From positions 3,700,778 through 3,764,777 of the forward strand of contig NC_134030.1 in the NCBI RefSeq assembly GCF_964204645.1: DNA of 64,000 bases, in the 5' to 3' direction. Under the pieces are notes generated by a model. It had not been told where the DNA came from, did no database searches, and saw nothing but the letters and a program-made list of their open reading frames with translations. The position numbers and the translations under genes are program-made. Each line of letters begins with the position of its first letter. Within the stretch, counting starts at the first letter, position 1. Source of the stretch: Tubulanus polymorphus (lineage: Eukaryota > Animalia > Nemertea). Shown here piece after piece: positions 26,481 to 41,049 of this stretch.

Positions 26481-27426
26481 AAGCTTATGTGCCCATCTCA
26501 TGGAATATCTTACAAGAGATTCTTCACATATTCAACTGCGTTGTTCTCTTCTCTGATTATCAGTTCGAATGATAAGATATTTTCTCAAAATCCACATTAA
26601 TTTGTTCAGTCTTTTATCGATGATGGTATTAAGATATATATACATATGAACATCCTACATTACACGACAATTCACATACGTCACTGATTCACAATACAAC
26701 ATTTACAAATATTATGTCAGTCAAAGCCATTACTCTTACAATTCACCCTAATCTCATCATCTGTCAGTTCAACGCAAAGGAACGTAAAGACTTTTGGGAG
26801 TCAAATTATGAAGGGAGACTTAAAATAAACATGCCATAAATGCCACACGAAATGTTGTCAAATAAATCGCATCGCTTCAGGCTCATAAGGAATGGTGGAA
26901 TTCAGGCCACTGTAAGGGTTAAGTATATTCAGCCTTTTTTTTATCAAATCACATTTTCAGTATCCCGTATTTTCTCTAGTACCGATAGAAAAAGAATGCA
27001 AATTTCGTTGGTTTTATATACAACCCATAATCATTTATAACCTTCGAAACCAAGGCTGAGTTGTATAGATGCCGGGGCAAAACAATGTGAAATTTGCCAG
27101 TTGATACCATGGTTTCTCATCGGAAATTAGGTGATTGTAACCCAAATTGAGGATCTACCCTAAGGGTAACTTTGATACCAGCTCTATGAAACCCAGGACA
27201 GATATCAGTTCACAGTTCTCGACCCAGTTTTAATCCAAAGGGTTAAAATATCGAACGATAAAGATATTTCAAATGTCCATTGTTTCAATCCTAGAGCGAA
27301 AAATTCACAAAGACCAGAACTCGAGTCCGGTCTATAAAAGCAGCCGTTGAAAATTTTTTGACATGGGATGGTTCAAATAAATTATGATTAGATTGTTTTC
27401 AACATTTGGCACAATAGAAATTAACC

Positions 27427-27430
<4 letters not shown>

Positions 27431-27510
<80 letters not shown>
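27431..27510. repeat. (TA)40 microsatellite in the presumed SIDT 3'UTR
   Basis: Pure TA run, ~55 bp past the SIDT stop codon. Confidence 0.97.
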
Positions 27511-27512
<2 letters not shown>

Positions 27513-27565
27513 GGTATGTATATATATATAACGGTATATGTAGAAGTAAAGTTATTTGCAGCATT

Positions 27566-30500
27566 CTAGAATACTGGAATTCGGTCTCGTGGCGTGTGAA
27601 CCAAGTCATCATCTAGTGATAACAGAATCTGAAAATACAAACGTAACAAAAAAAGTTCAAGACCATTCTATGGTGCACGGTGTTTCTCTATCTCTGCTAC
27701 TCCCATCTGGAGGGATAGGCTACGAAATGAAATTCGAAACATCGAATCCCTTTCCTACATCTTTTAAAGCAGCAGTTAAAAACTATTATTCAGAGAAGCT
27801 TATCAATTGATTAGTCTCTATATTTTAATGTTGCGCACTTATAAGTGATAAATCATTATGACTGTTATCACAAATATCTTGAGATGAGACCAATTCGAGC
27901 AATGAAAACAAAACTCATTACAAATTAACACATTGATTTTTCCATAGTTCGAGAATGGCACTTACCATGAATGAGAAGAATAGACCCATGGCTGAAAGTC
28001 CATGCCAAACGTCGTGGGCATCGTAAAATTCAAACAGGATACAATCCTGATTACCAGTACGCGATTCAGCCGGTGAAATCTACAATCAATCGATCGATTC
28101 GAAGTTCAATTCATCCCGAGCGTGACACATTATTATTAGTTGTATGCTGTGGTGATAACTATATCAGGTACGTACCTCCCATGATGTGAGTTTAGCAACG
28201 AAGAAGTAGAAGGCGAAACCCCAGACAACGCAAGCCACCAGTATATAGAGCAGAGGAAGTAATAAGATTCGTTCACCCGATCTTAACTGTAAATGCAAGA
28301 GATACATTTTTAGAGTAAGTGCTCGTTATTCACAATGAGTGTTATCAGTGACGCTTGTTTTAAACCCAAGACTAATGGAACAGTCATCTCTCTAGAGAGA
28401 AACGATTTCATATAGAGCTGTTTGAGGATTTGATTGTCCACTGGTTGGGAACTCCACTCCCATAGCTAAAATGCACCTTGGAGTAATCAGTCAAGGTTGC
28501 ACAAATGTATGAGTAATCGCGATTGCTCGCACCACAAACAAACTATCTTAAGACTAGTAACAGATTCTTATATTGGTGAGTGTTTTCATCGATTTCAAGG
28601 ATGAACGCGACAAGCGACTTACTTTCATGATGATATAGAACGCGCAATACAACAGAAGATTCACGATGAATATAGCCAGTAGATATGAGGCGAAGTCTCG
28701 TGGTTGAGTCATCATACCGAACAACGCACTATAAATACATACAGCGATGATTTAAATATACCAGCCACATGGACATAGGGCCAGTTTTATCTTAAAACCA
28801 TGAACCTCATCTTTTCTTCTTTAATGATGACAATCTGATGTAAAAGCAGAGTTGAATAACTACCGGGGTCGGTTGCTCAAAATCCCGTAAAAGTTAACGA
28901 CATGATGAATAATATAATAACAATACAGTTTTAATTGACAATACGTCAGTTGTCCATTGGTTAACTTTAACCCAACCATTGAGCAGCCGATCCCAGATCC
29001 ATGAAAAAAAAGATATTCATGACATGTTTGGTATGAAATAAAATAATCGAAAAATGTGAACTCACAATGATATGTTGACGAGATTGCCAATGATCAGAAG
29101 AATCATTCGGTCCTGAAAATAATAAGTATATTATCATTCAATAATAATTCAATTTAAAAGAATTAAAAAATCAGTTAAGGCGAGTTTATTTCTTACGGGA
29201 TAAAGAGGTGGGCCACAACGACATAAATCAGTCTTGATCCACAAATACAAGCGTTTGAATATACCGCAATCTGAAAGCAGAGACAATATACAAAACATAA
29301 ATCATAAAATAGATGAATTTTTGATTGCAAGGAGAGATAAAAGTTGTTGAGATCTGCTCACCTAACCTCCAGCGACCCATGTAATATATCTGTATGCTCA
29401 ATGTTAGAGTGAGGATCATATGCGCAACTCCATAAAACACCCAAAAAGGAGTTGTACCGTAAACCTGCAATATTCAACCAGATCAACTAACTACTACCGG
29501 TAGTTCTAAACTTTCAACACGAAACATCAATAAGTCAATGTACAGTCGACTATGCTTGCCTTGGATTTCAAGGGACCGATAAATTTACTCAAGTGACAAG
29601 CGAACTACACGGCATTTGCAGCGATAATAGGTCATGATCACATACATTGGAGTAGGATAATTCTAAACATTATATCAGTGTGGGATTCTCAATATATTCT
29701 AAACATTTTGCTTGCACGTGATGATCTGAGGCAATTGGAGTCTACTGTGACCAGTTCCAGTGTATACCCCAGAAGCCAGTCAATTTAAGATGGAATAGGA
29801 TTCAGAGAAATTGAGAACATACCACTCCGATTACAGCCAGGAATATAATAAGCGCCAGCGCGAAGTACGCGGAATGTGCCGTAGCATTAATATCGGGATG
29901 TCGAGTCTGGTAGATTTTCAACATACACAACAAAGCGATCATATACATGAATGATGTATCTGAAAAACAGAATTCATTTCTAATACATTTTCACGACGAG
30001 GCCATCATTATCGCAGCAGCGGCATTAAACTTTAAATATTCTAAATGAAAAATCTATACTTGATTGCTATGCTATTTACCGAATTGGAAATTTGAGTAAC
30101 TGGGACACACGTGGTAACATCCGCTCAGAATGCCAACCATCACCAAAGCCATACCCATAGCGTAGAACAGTCCAAAGTGCTGAGGTATGCCGTAGTACTG
30201 AAACATAACATAAAACAGTCTATAAACATCAGCAGAATACAGAATCTGACCTTGAAAAATTTTGATAACAATAATTATAATGTGATCTATATAGCCCTAA
30301 ATCCAGCGAACCTGCTCAGAGCGAATTTCATGTGATAAAATATCTCCTTAAAAAGAAAGAATTTTCCATGCTTCCTAAATTGCTAAATGGAAGTGATGGC
30401 CCTAAAGCTAGCAGAAAGCTTATTCCACAATTTTGGGGGACTGTTAGCAAAAGCCCGACCACAATTAGACTGACTATGAATAGAAATAAAATACATCCTC

Positions 30501-33500
30501 TTCATTTATTTTTGATAGAAGAAACAACAACTAACGAATTTTAATTGATGAGCAATTCTGATTCAACGAGAGATTAGAACTACATGGAAATTGGTATTAC
30601 GAGCTGTAGTTCTATTCAACTGTAGTGAAATGAATTCAAACTGACTGACCTGTTCATATTGATCACGAGATTCGACAGCACGTTTATGTAATATATCACG
30701 TCTCCATGTCAGTCCGAGGAATAGAATACCGAGCATTATGTAACCAATGTTACTGAATACATTGTTGAACGCGCTCAACACGCCGAGTGGGTGAGCGCAT
30801 AGGAAATTATAGTAACAAATATCTTCATCACCGGTCGCGTGCAACACCTGTAAATTAACAGTATAACTAATAACGTAACTACACATGACCTTTTTAAGAG
30901 ACACCAAAACATCAATTTCACTAAATACTAATAGCAGAAATTTTGGAGGGTCAATAAATGAAGTTGTAGTACCTTTTGATATGTTATCACTAACTGTATA
31001 ACGGGCAATCCATAGAATATCGCAATCGTAATCAAATTCCTGCAATCAAACATTTCGCATATGATTATACAACTGTACGAGGAGATACTGTTACTGAGTG
31101 ATCGCTTAAGTATCCATGATCTTACCAATGATAAAGTTTATACTTCTTCGCTAGAATTCGACGATCTTTACGAGCCAAGTCAGATACGTAGAGCAGAGTC
31201 TGTGAACAGAAAATAGATATAATAATAGTAGAATATAGTTTAAGAGTGTCCTGTCCTGTTTAATATCGGGAATAAATTCCCAAGTCTGATCTTAAAAAAG
31301 CGCATTCAAGGTAAGGTCCAGATTGATTGAGGTATAATGTGTTGTGAGAAGCCAAGCTAACTTGACACATGACTTATCAAATCGGTAATAAATAATGAAT
31401 ACAGATAACATCATTGATAATAATACAGTTTTACGTCATTGATAACCAAAAACATCTGGGATAGAAAATAAGGAATCTTTGATTAAACTGACCAAAAGAT
31501 AACTAACTAATCATGACAAAATGCTAGAAATAGAACATACATAAATGCTAATGATAATGAATGAACGTGAATATGATAATATGAAATATATTGTATGAAT
31601 GAAAGCAAACTTCAACAAGGATATAAAGATATCTACTATAGAATCTTGAATAATAGACTAATTAGTAAGGTACTATGAAAAAATCTTGTACACAACGTCA
31701 ATACAATAAGAAATAGTAAAAAGATGCACCTTATTCCAGATATCAGAATTTTTCTAGGAGATAAAACAAAGAAGTACAATGCACACACAATTTATAACTC
31801 GCTGAAATGAAGACTGTATTTTCAACCTGTAACATTATTCCACGGTAGAGAGCCATGCGACGCAGAGACACCAGCGAAGTAATATTTATGACAGCGAGAC
31901 ATTTCGATTTCTATGACAAGGACCCAGTTCCACAGTTCTGGGTGTTGTTTTCAAGTGAATAGTTATCAGAAATATAAGAAGCTCGAATCAAAGTTTTGTG
32001 GTATCTTTGCTCACCTTAGTCCGAATGATTTCTTTCTCACTGTCGGCATCGTTTAACATATCAATATCAGTTTCATCGATCGAACTATCATCGTCATCGG
32101 GTGGTGGAATACGATGAGGAATTCCATTCGCATCACGTTCAAAATTAGCGTCTGCAAAATAGAAAACAATTAACGGAGAAATCAAACAACACAGAAATTA
32201 CCACATTTGAAGACCGATTATTGACTGCTATACCGTACCTGTTGGACTTGTGGTACCATATGATGCCAACTCTCTGGGGTTTGTATTTACTATTGGAACA
32301 TCGGGTTTTGGGTCTGAAAAATCATATCGAGGGTTTTTAAAATAACTGAAAACTATCACAATCTTAAAATGGATAGTTTTGCAAATACGATACATTCAAA
32401 TTTGTTTTCATGAATATCGCGCTTTTTGTTGGTTTTTGTTAGTATGAAAAACATTCAGTTAACACAGTGTTTCAATCTACATGTACTGGTTATTATGTAC
32501 TAGTCCCAGTTCCACAGATATCGGTTAGTTTATCTCTATGACAGCAGGTGTAGGTCAGCCTCGCGACTCACTGCGACGTTCGATCACAGTCGCAATCGAC
32601 GAATGTTCTCGTGCGACTGGCAGAAACTAGTTGCACACACTCGCTACAATCGCGTTGCAACCGAATTGCGATGCATGGCCAACCTATCCCCGGCTTAAGA
32701 GTTTTGAGGCGTTGCATGTGATGTTTTAGTTTGCCAACTAGTGCTGGAGACTTGCAACATAAGATAATGAAGGTCCAGTTCCACAGCTGTGAGTTAGAGC
32801 CAACTCTGAATTGAATTAGTTCATTTTCAATGGTTAACAAAACTCTTGAGTCAAATCTTAACTCTGAACAGCAAACTGCGTGCAGGGGTTTTACACACTG
32901 AAGATCTGTCATGTAAATCACTTAATGGGTTTGCTAACCCATACCGTAAAGTTTTGTAAAGTCGAAAAAGCCCATGGCAGCAAGACCTCTATACTCCAGA
33001 TGGAGAGTGAAATTTCAACTCAAAACTGTGACATCTGTTAAGAGTAAAATCAGAATTCTAGTACAATGTAAACGACCCTTCTACCAACGTCACTCAAATT
33101 ATTCGAGCACTCTCGAAAAACTACTAGTTTACAAAATGTATACATATATATCTAAAACTACACACGCAAACACTACTATCATGTACCAATAGAGTCAGGA
33201 GATCAATGCAGCATAAAATAAACACCGAGTGCTGAAAATAGAAATATTTGATCTCAAGGACTTCAATCCCCAGGAACGTTTAAAGGAATGAGGTGTTTTC
33301 ATGACGCTATTTGTCACCTAAAGGAAACTATCAACTGTGATTTTATTTTGGTTAAAACTAAACCTGCGACCACCTCTCTTTCTTTCTACTCTGCTATTTA
33401 CTCACACGTGGATTTTTTTATATTATGTCGATTTGAACATCGAGCTTGTTTTATTTGTGTCTTATATTTGCTGCGTATTGCGTATTGCATGTTAAGATCG

Positions 33501-36500
33501 TTGTCGCTGTCTGAGTGATCATCTTTTTTCGAAGTCGAAAGCATGTATTTTGAAACTGAAATTCAACGGTGTTCTATGCGCATTATGCGTAATGCAGAAA
33601 GAATGGGATAAAAAGGGTCAGTGGATAGTGAATTTCACAGCACCGAGGAAAGAAAGTACTTAATCACCATATCCAGCGATCGATGGGCCTTGTATCCTAA
33701 AGAAGTTCGATGCAAAATTCCACAATTTTCCATTTCATTCTTTGTGAAACTCGGCCCAGATTATTTCAAAGTTAGACACGTTACTGCCATCAAGTCATAG
33801 AAAGAATGAAAGTATAGCTTGAAGTTTGATTTAAGAGCGTGAATATCTTTATATTTTTTTCTACGCACTAATATATCTACCGCATAGCCTAAACATGTAC
33901 TAAGAAGCCGCCAATTAAATACATAGAGCATTTGAATTCAATATATTGAAGACAAGATGAATCAATCTCTATTGAATACACGTAGGTCAAATTGGCAGTT
34001 TTTTGTTATAGAGACATAGCAAACAGAATGTGTTAATGTTTTTAAGCGAAAGGGCCTGGTTCCAGAGTCCGGGCTATTAGGTCTATAAATTTGGCTAAGA
34101 TAAGTCTGATCTGAAGTCTTGACTGTGGAACCGGCACAGGTTCCAGAGAGGTAGGACCGAATATGAGTTCAGATTAAGGATATAGGTTATTTTGGATTTC
34201 TTTGTGTGTTAATTAAAACCCAGCTTTTAAACAAGGATCCATCCTACCTATCATACGTTCATACTCTGAAAAATATCACCAGCATTAATTATTGATAAAC
34301 ATGTAAAGTTCGTAGCTACTGAGATTCTAAAGGCGTATAAGAAAGGTTCAAAAGAAAAACACTTAGAAATTACAACATTACGAAGCAAATAAATTAAAGA
34401 GAAGATTAACATTTTGAGGGCTGATTTCATGATTTAAACTTTTGGTTCTAATATAAGTTTGGGAAATCATCCTCTTAGATTTAACGTAACAATGAATCTA
34501 TGAACTTGAGCTTAAAATACGGCAGCATAAGTATTACAAAATTATAAATGCTGAATAGAAAAACTTTCATCATTTGATAATTTGGGGATATCAAAAAGAA
34601 GTATAGCCACAATATCTTAAATGTGAATATATAAGTTACTGAAATATAGACATACCTGCAGGATCAAACTCATTTCCCATTGCTTGTCTTCTCTTATCAC
34701 TGAAATACAAAGTTAGCAACATTTCATTATGAAAAACACAGTTCAAAAGAATGGCTAACAACTTCAGAAAGCATTGAATAGATTGCAATGCGAGAAACTC
34801 ACATGAGGCAATGAATCAGATGAATAACAATCGCAGCTACGTAGAACATGAGAAACCAAGCAACAGCTCCAAACACAGCTATATAATAATCATTCACTGC
34901 AAAATTAGAGAATTTCAAAACAGAGTAAGAAACTGATCCTACATGTCGGTTAACCGGATATCAGAACATCTAGTCAGGTGAGTAGAAATATAGCATTTCT
35001 GTAGTTGCATCATGCATACCTGAAATTGTTGGAGTCACTGAGAATTCAAGTTCTTTAATTCGAGCATCTTTTGTTTTGCCGGACAAATCTGATTTAACAA
35101 ACATAGAAAACAATGACTTATTAATCGAATTAAGATATTAAGAGCAAACATATGTTAAATTAATATTGATTACGGAAAATTGCTTTGAAAGCAATAACAA
35201 CAGATCTCTTTCATCTATTCATTCATTCTTATCCAAGTCTGAAAATCATAAACTCATTCGTACAACATTTACGAGAAATTCAAGGCTATCACCAGACCGT
35301 TCGCTCTTGTAGAGATTTCATCCTCGATGAGATTTGAGACTGCTTTTTAAAAAATAAAAGTACAACCGGTTTATACATATTGCTGCAAAATTATAGCATT
35401 CATTAGAATCAATTGAAGCCTGTTTCATGCAATAGGAGAGTCTCAAATACCATCGGGTTTAAATTTCTGCGGAGATTCAATGCAACTAGACATCCAATTA
35501 GCCCCTGGACCCTAGCGTGATTAAATATATAGATGATCAAACAAAATGCAGAATTCCCTACACCTCATCTACAATCCTGATATATTTTTTCTTTGTGAGA
35601 GTTTCCATTCATATAAATCGAATACCCTTGACTTAAAGAAACGACAAACGAGAATGAAACAAGAAAGTACATGTGCACCTCGTTTATAGTGTGGATGATG
35701 TCCTGAAAACATATACAGATTATTTAGGCATGAGTAACAAAATAATGAAACACTGGTTAGTGTTAATATCTAGTAAACACCTCGAGCATTACGTACCTGG
35801 AATTGGTTGAATAAATTCAATTCCATTACAGTCAAAGTCTGACGGTTTTACCACAAAAACAATGTAGAAAATGCCATCTTTGTAATCTTTTTTCTGAAAA
35901 TTGAATACAATGATCAGTATATTTGAAGCCTTTTTTTCTATAACACAAAATATAGCCAAACAATCTTTTCATGATTTCATAAGATAGAAACTTCTTCTGT
36001 TCATGTGAAATACGGTCGGAGTATAATAAGAATAATAATATTGAATTTGGAGATGTTTAAAACATTACGCACCATGAGCGTAAGAGCTGCAGTTTTAGTC
36101 ATTGTTTGATACGTTCCCGTAAATTGAACATTCCGATCCAAATCAAATACTGGACACTGTAAAGAAAGAAAAAAAAAAACAAATAAACATCAAGCTCAAA
36201 AACGCTTCAGATTGAACTGTTGTAAACATGGAGAAATGTTTAAGATTGAACTTGTAATGTGGAGGAAGAATGCTTCAGATTGAACTGCTGTAAACATGGA
36301 GAAATGTTTAAGATTGAACTTGCAATGTGGAGGAAGAATGCTTCAGATTGAACTGCTGTGCCTGGGAGTAGCCACTTACATGTATATCCTGTATTGAAAT
36401 AACCGTGCACAGAGAGCTGTTTGATGTGACCTTCACGACTACAGAATCGAGATGTTCTGGAAACTCGTACATGTAGTATTTTGGTTCAGACGGTGAGACA

Positions 36501-37983
36501 GTGATACGTTTTTGGTCATTGGTGCTTAAAAAATAACAGGCAATTTTAAACAATGTTTTTAATTTATATATAACAGTAAGTATAGCTAGGAGTGAATAAA
36601 TAGGGGTCACTCAGCCCTGGGGTTACTAGTTACCTTATTTGAAAGTCGTCTATTGGTGTAGCCCTCAATACGAAGTTTGTTGCTTTAAGAGATGAACTAG
36701 AGACGTCCAGATACATCGTCATCTTCTCTTTCTTCAAACTCCCCTGAACCGGGCACAACGTTCGACTCACTGTATAATAATCATATCTGAGAAAAAGAAA
36801 TGAAAAAATTTCAATAATCAACAGCATATTGCGATAAAATCTGGTTCTAGAATGAAAAAGTCAAACACTCAATTATAGCTCTGCTCATCTATTTACGTTT
36901 ATGCCCTAGACCATCTGTGAAACTATTGTTATCCTCTCTCAGGGATCATCGTGCAGTAAGACTATAGATTGTATAGATTAACTTACACATTTTGTAAATA
37001 CAATGGCACCTGCCACGATAGAATACTGGTCTGTTGACGAACGACGAACAATACAGGATATTCACCGCTGGCATTAGTACTACTAACATATAACCTCAGA
37101 GCTACGGTCTGAAATATAGATAATACTCTATCATCATAATTACTGATAACATCTTATAAATCATCAACTCACATCAGATGCTATACGTGAATTTTAATAA
37201 GATCTATTTACTCGGTGAGATATCGATAGTCCCAACCATAACGAGTAAGACAGAGTCTACTATAGACCCACTAAATTTTACAAATACGCCTACTCGTAGT
37301 ATTTACAGATTATGTTATAATTAAAGACTCTCATCAAGGAAAAAGCCTGTATGCAAGACATTCATATGAATTCTGCCTGCAGTATTTTTTCAACCTGAGG
37401 AAAATCTACGTGAACAGAATTAGAAAGTCATCTGTGATCTCTGGAGCTGAAATTTTGACGACTGATGATACGAACCAGCATATCACATTGCCGTTTATAT
37501 TTTGTGACAAAGACGAATACGAATTTATGGTAACAAAAGACAGATAATGAAAGATTACCGACAAATATGATTTTACTTGTAGTCTTAAGCCGAAACCTAG
37601 CTCAAATATATAATATTTACTATAATATATATTTACTCTAGAACTTTACATCTTTGGCCGAATTATTGTGGGATTTCTCTTGTTTTCATTACCTTCTGTT
37701 TCGGTGTTAAAGGTTGCCACGTGAAGCTGAAAATAAACTGTTCATCCTTCTTGACGACTTCCGAATATAGTTTATTCAAAATTCCGGGGATCACGTTCAC
37801 GGAGATGTTCTTATTTCCCGACCGACGGAAACGCTGTGTCGTCATCGCTCCATTGTTTCCAGACGCGTCGGAATAGGCAACACACGACGATAAAACGGTT
37901 AATACTACAAACAGGATAGTGGCGGTGGTACGAGATGCGGAATGTTGGATAGCGTGATGGGAAGCGGTAGATGATGTCATCAT
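27566..37983 (-). CDS. SIDT: SID-1 transmembrane family protein (SIDT1/SIDT2/CHUP-1-like), ~24-25 coding exons
   Basis: Exons include 37983-37693 (signal peptide), 37108-36987 ([19 protein letters not shown]), 36524-36380 (SPSEPKYY), 32151-32015, 31199-31126 ([10 protein letters not shown]), 31039-30973 ([11 protein letters not shown]), 30847-30650 ([27 protein letters not shown]), 30197-30080 (YHVCP..SNFQF), 28079-27966 (HDVWHFLSH), 27628-27566 ([16 protein letters not shown]). 5'UTR exon donor at ~38465. Confidence 0.95.
34054..34135. mobile_element. Short MITE of a ccagttccacag-ended family (related fragments at ~31925, ~32505, ~32775)
   Basis: gcctggttccagagtc / gactgtggaaccggc inverted ends; the same terminal motif recurs in neighbouring SIDT introns. 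Confidence 0.45.
36204..36358. repeat. 67-bp tandem repeat (~2.3 copies) in a SIDT intron
   Basis: gcttcagattgaactgytgtaaacatggagaaatgtttaagattgaacttgyaatgtggaggaagaat repeated. Confidence 0.85.
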
Positions 37984-38544
37984 GATTGGACTGTGTTTAT
38001 CATTCGCACACTCTCAGTAACACGTGTCGTCTAGAAACAAGAGAATGATAATACAAGGAATAATTATCCTTGTAACAACTATACAAGAGCCTCAATATAA
38101 ATTTTGTGACCCGCCAGTCAGTGTAATGTAACAGCTAAAAATAGAAAGAATATTGCCCTTGGCCCTAAAAGTTGAAGAAGAGGTGTAGTAGCGCAAGATT
38201 AATCAAGACAATTCTAGCACTGTCTTATTAAATCAAGGCCCCATATCTGCAATAACATCAAATCCCTGCTTACTTTTTTAGCCTTAATTTTAAAATGTCA
38301 TCTTAATTACCTATCTTATAGCCTAATATTCACTTGCAATTTTAAAAGCTTTGATTTCATTTAGTCTTTAGACCCCAGATATGGAAACATAAAAGGCCTA
38401 CGATGGCTACATAACTGAATAGTTGTTTGACAATTATCTTTTACACTTTATTTCGATAAACTCACCTAGGCCTACATCAGAAAATTCCATCCAAATCTAC
38501 TTTCCTTTTCTGAATAATACATGAGAGAAATATGGTGAAATGAC

Positions 38545-38694
38545 ACTTCCGGGTTTCCCAGGATCTGCTAGATAAATCGTAGAACTCAAATATCGTCTAT
38601 GACGTCATTTCAGTTGATCCCGGCGCCGAGTGCATTTCACCTTGTGTGAGTCACCGAGCTTCGCGCGCGCTCTTTGAATGAAAATAGTGATTGG
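38545..38694 (-). promoter_or_regulatory. Putative SIDT proximal promoter with ETS, kB-like, CRE, AP-1 and CCAAT motifs
   Basis: ACTTCCGG 38545-38552, GGGTTTCCC 38551-38559, TGACGTCA 38600-38607, TGAGTCA 38647-38653, ATTGG 38690-38694, just upstream of the first-exon donor at ~38465. Confidence 0.55.
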
Positions 38695-41049
38695 CTGACT
38701 TAGACAACTTGGTCAGCCCGCGAAAATCTGAAATGGAATGCCTAAGTAAAAAATTTAAGATGACTCAATATATTTCACCTTCCCAATCAAAATCATGATA
38801 TTGATTCTACGTAATAACATGTTAAAGTCTCAGTCCGCAATTACAGTAACTGAACCCCAGTTGTTTTGCCATGAACCGAAAATGCCACGAAAAGCCAATT
38901 CGTTCGCAGTAGAAATTGAATGCCTGTTAAAAAATCGCTACCTTCTGAAGATGCGATGATCTCTCTGTTTCCAAATTCTAAAATAATGTTGGTTTATATA
39001 GTTCGTGCGCCGGCCCCTATTTGTGGAATAAAGAACTCAAACCCTTCCAGTAGGACGGGCTCAAAATGAGAATCATGTGTAGTAGGCCTAAATCAGAGAA
39101 TTCATGCATGGTTCACCTCTACCATCGTGTCTATAGTCTCTAAGCATTCACTGGTCGTCTCTCAAACTCCGTCTAAAGTCACGGTTTCTCCAGAAATCCT
39201 GACATTCGGTGTATTATGAGCGGCCTACTTCGCTGCAAGAGTTTTCGGATCGAGTTGAAAACGCTCGATCGTGGAGCTTTTTTTAAGCTCAGTATTTTCT
39301 GAAAGGCCATACTAGAAAATCTTGTGACCGTATCACCAGTACAGGCCTACGCGCAAAAATTGTCCTCACCCGCAATTCGCCGCTGGCTGCTTCAGCCGAT
39401 GCGACGGTAATGGCGGTACATCTGCGATCAACAAATATTATTTATCTAAAAAGGATTGATGGATGCGGGCGGATTTTAGGGCGTTTCTTGGGCGCGGTCA
39501 CTAAGAGTGCTTTAAACTCAACCGCTGTGCCAACCAGAGCGAGACCAGTCTCGTTGTGGATACCCAGTGCGCAGTGCCGGAACGCCTCAGCCAATCAGCG
39601 TCGAGTATTCTAAGTCGCAGGCGAAGATGGAGACGAAGTATCTGAATCGCGATTTTTTTTCGATTAAGTCGCCATCCATCCTTTTAGAGAAAAGTCGTAA
39701 CTTCAATGAAAATGCAATAAATCGATTTGCCGAGAAAAGAGGAAGCGACTGGTGGTAAATGTAAGTTTGGATTGCATCGCGAAAAATTTTTTGAAGCGGA
39801 TTTTAAATTACGCTTCGAAAACTTGTCGTCGAATCGTTTTGAAACAATGGCGATTCGCGGCTCATTGAGGGGCAAAAAGAAACAACTTTCCTCGAAATAT
39901 ACAATGTATAAATCGATTGAATACTTTGAAAAGATTGTTACGCGACCATGATTTTCACATTTACGGGTCACTTAAAAATATTTTTCGTAATTTACGATGA
40001 ATTTGATATTGTGAAATACGTGGTTTTTCATGGCTCCTGTATTTCTCGGATTTGACCCATGACCTCTCATAGCGATACTGCGGCTTTGATATAGATATAG
40101 CTCAACACAATGATATCTTATCTCAAAATTTTATCGCTTTAATTTTTTTTCCGCATGACTTTTTAGATATTGATCATCCACAGTTCAGACGGATTAAGAG
40201 TATTTTATTTGATTAACAATGATACATTGTCGCGCTGTTTCTATTCAATTCATCTCCTTTTATTACAGTTGAATGTGTAAACAAAAACTTCACAGATGAC
40301 TAGTGCAGATGACTTTGACTCGGAAACGACCTTTATTATATGGAATAGATCAGAATCATCACACCACCAAAACAATAGCAGCTGTCTCCAGCGCTCTGAA
40401 TGATTGTGAGACTCACCTCACCGATGCAGTATTTCAATTCTCATTGATGGAAACATCCGCCTCTAACATGAACCAGTAACAGCAATTTTCGAGGATACAT
40501 TGATGGTGAGTAAATCAAGCCATTAAAATTCATTCCTATATCACCCTGAACCCTGTAAGACAATGTGCAGCCTAGATCCTACACCTGTACACCTGTCAGA
40601 CAATCTACAGCCTGCGGCTTGAATTCCCCAAGCAATCTACAGCAAAGAGCCCCCCCAATGAAAAATTATATTTTTTATTCCCCCATTTTTGGCGCCAAAT
40701 ATTTAAGGATGCAGGCCTTTTCCCCTTTTTAAACCCTTAGAATATTCAACTCCTTGTCTCTATTTATTCCAAATTTCCCGAAGAATGGCTTAACACAGAA
40801 CTCCCCACAGAAAATCATGGCTGCACCCCAGAACTTGATCCCCTTAGTAATTCATTTAGTATAAACATATATCATATAGCCCACGTAACATTAACATTAA
40901 CTCTCAAATTTAACCGAGAGTATGAAGTGTTATTATATTTCTACGTACTGTTTCATTACTTATCACTGGGGTATGAGCCCCTTTTCACCTTTTTCAAGCT
41001 TCAAAGCTGCCCAGCGAAGTAAATTAATTGCCTTTTTAAACAATATCTT

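Noticed and set aside
27384-27612. ORFs with IYIYIY repeats
   Set aside because: Translation of the (TA)n microsatellite.
33187-33231. 45-nt AG/GT-bounded segment in a SIDT intron
   Set aside because: Contains an in-frame TGA; cannot be distinguished from chance splice-like signals.
37460-37680. Possible third intact hammerhead near the first coding SIDT intron
   Set aside because: Only gccGAAAC and the distal family motif remain; the nearby CTGATGA is too far away and lacks helix II pairing.
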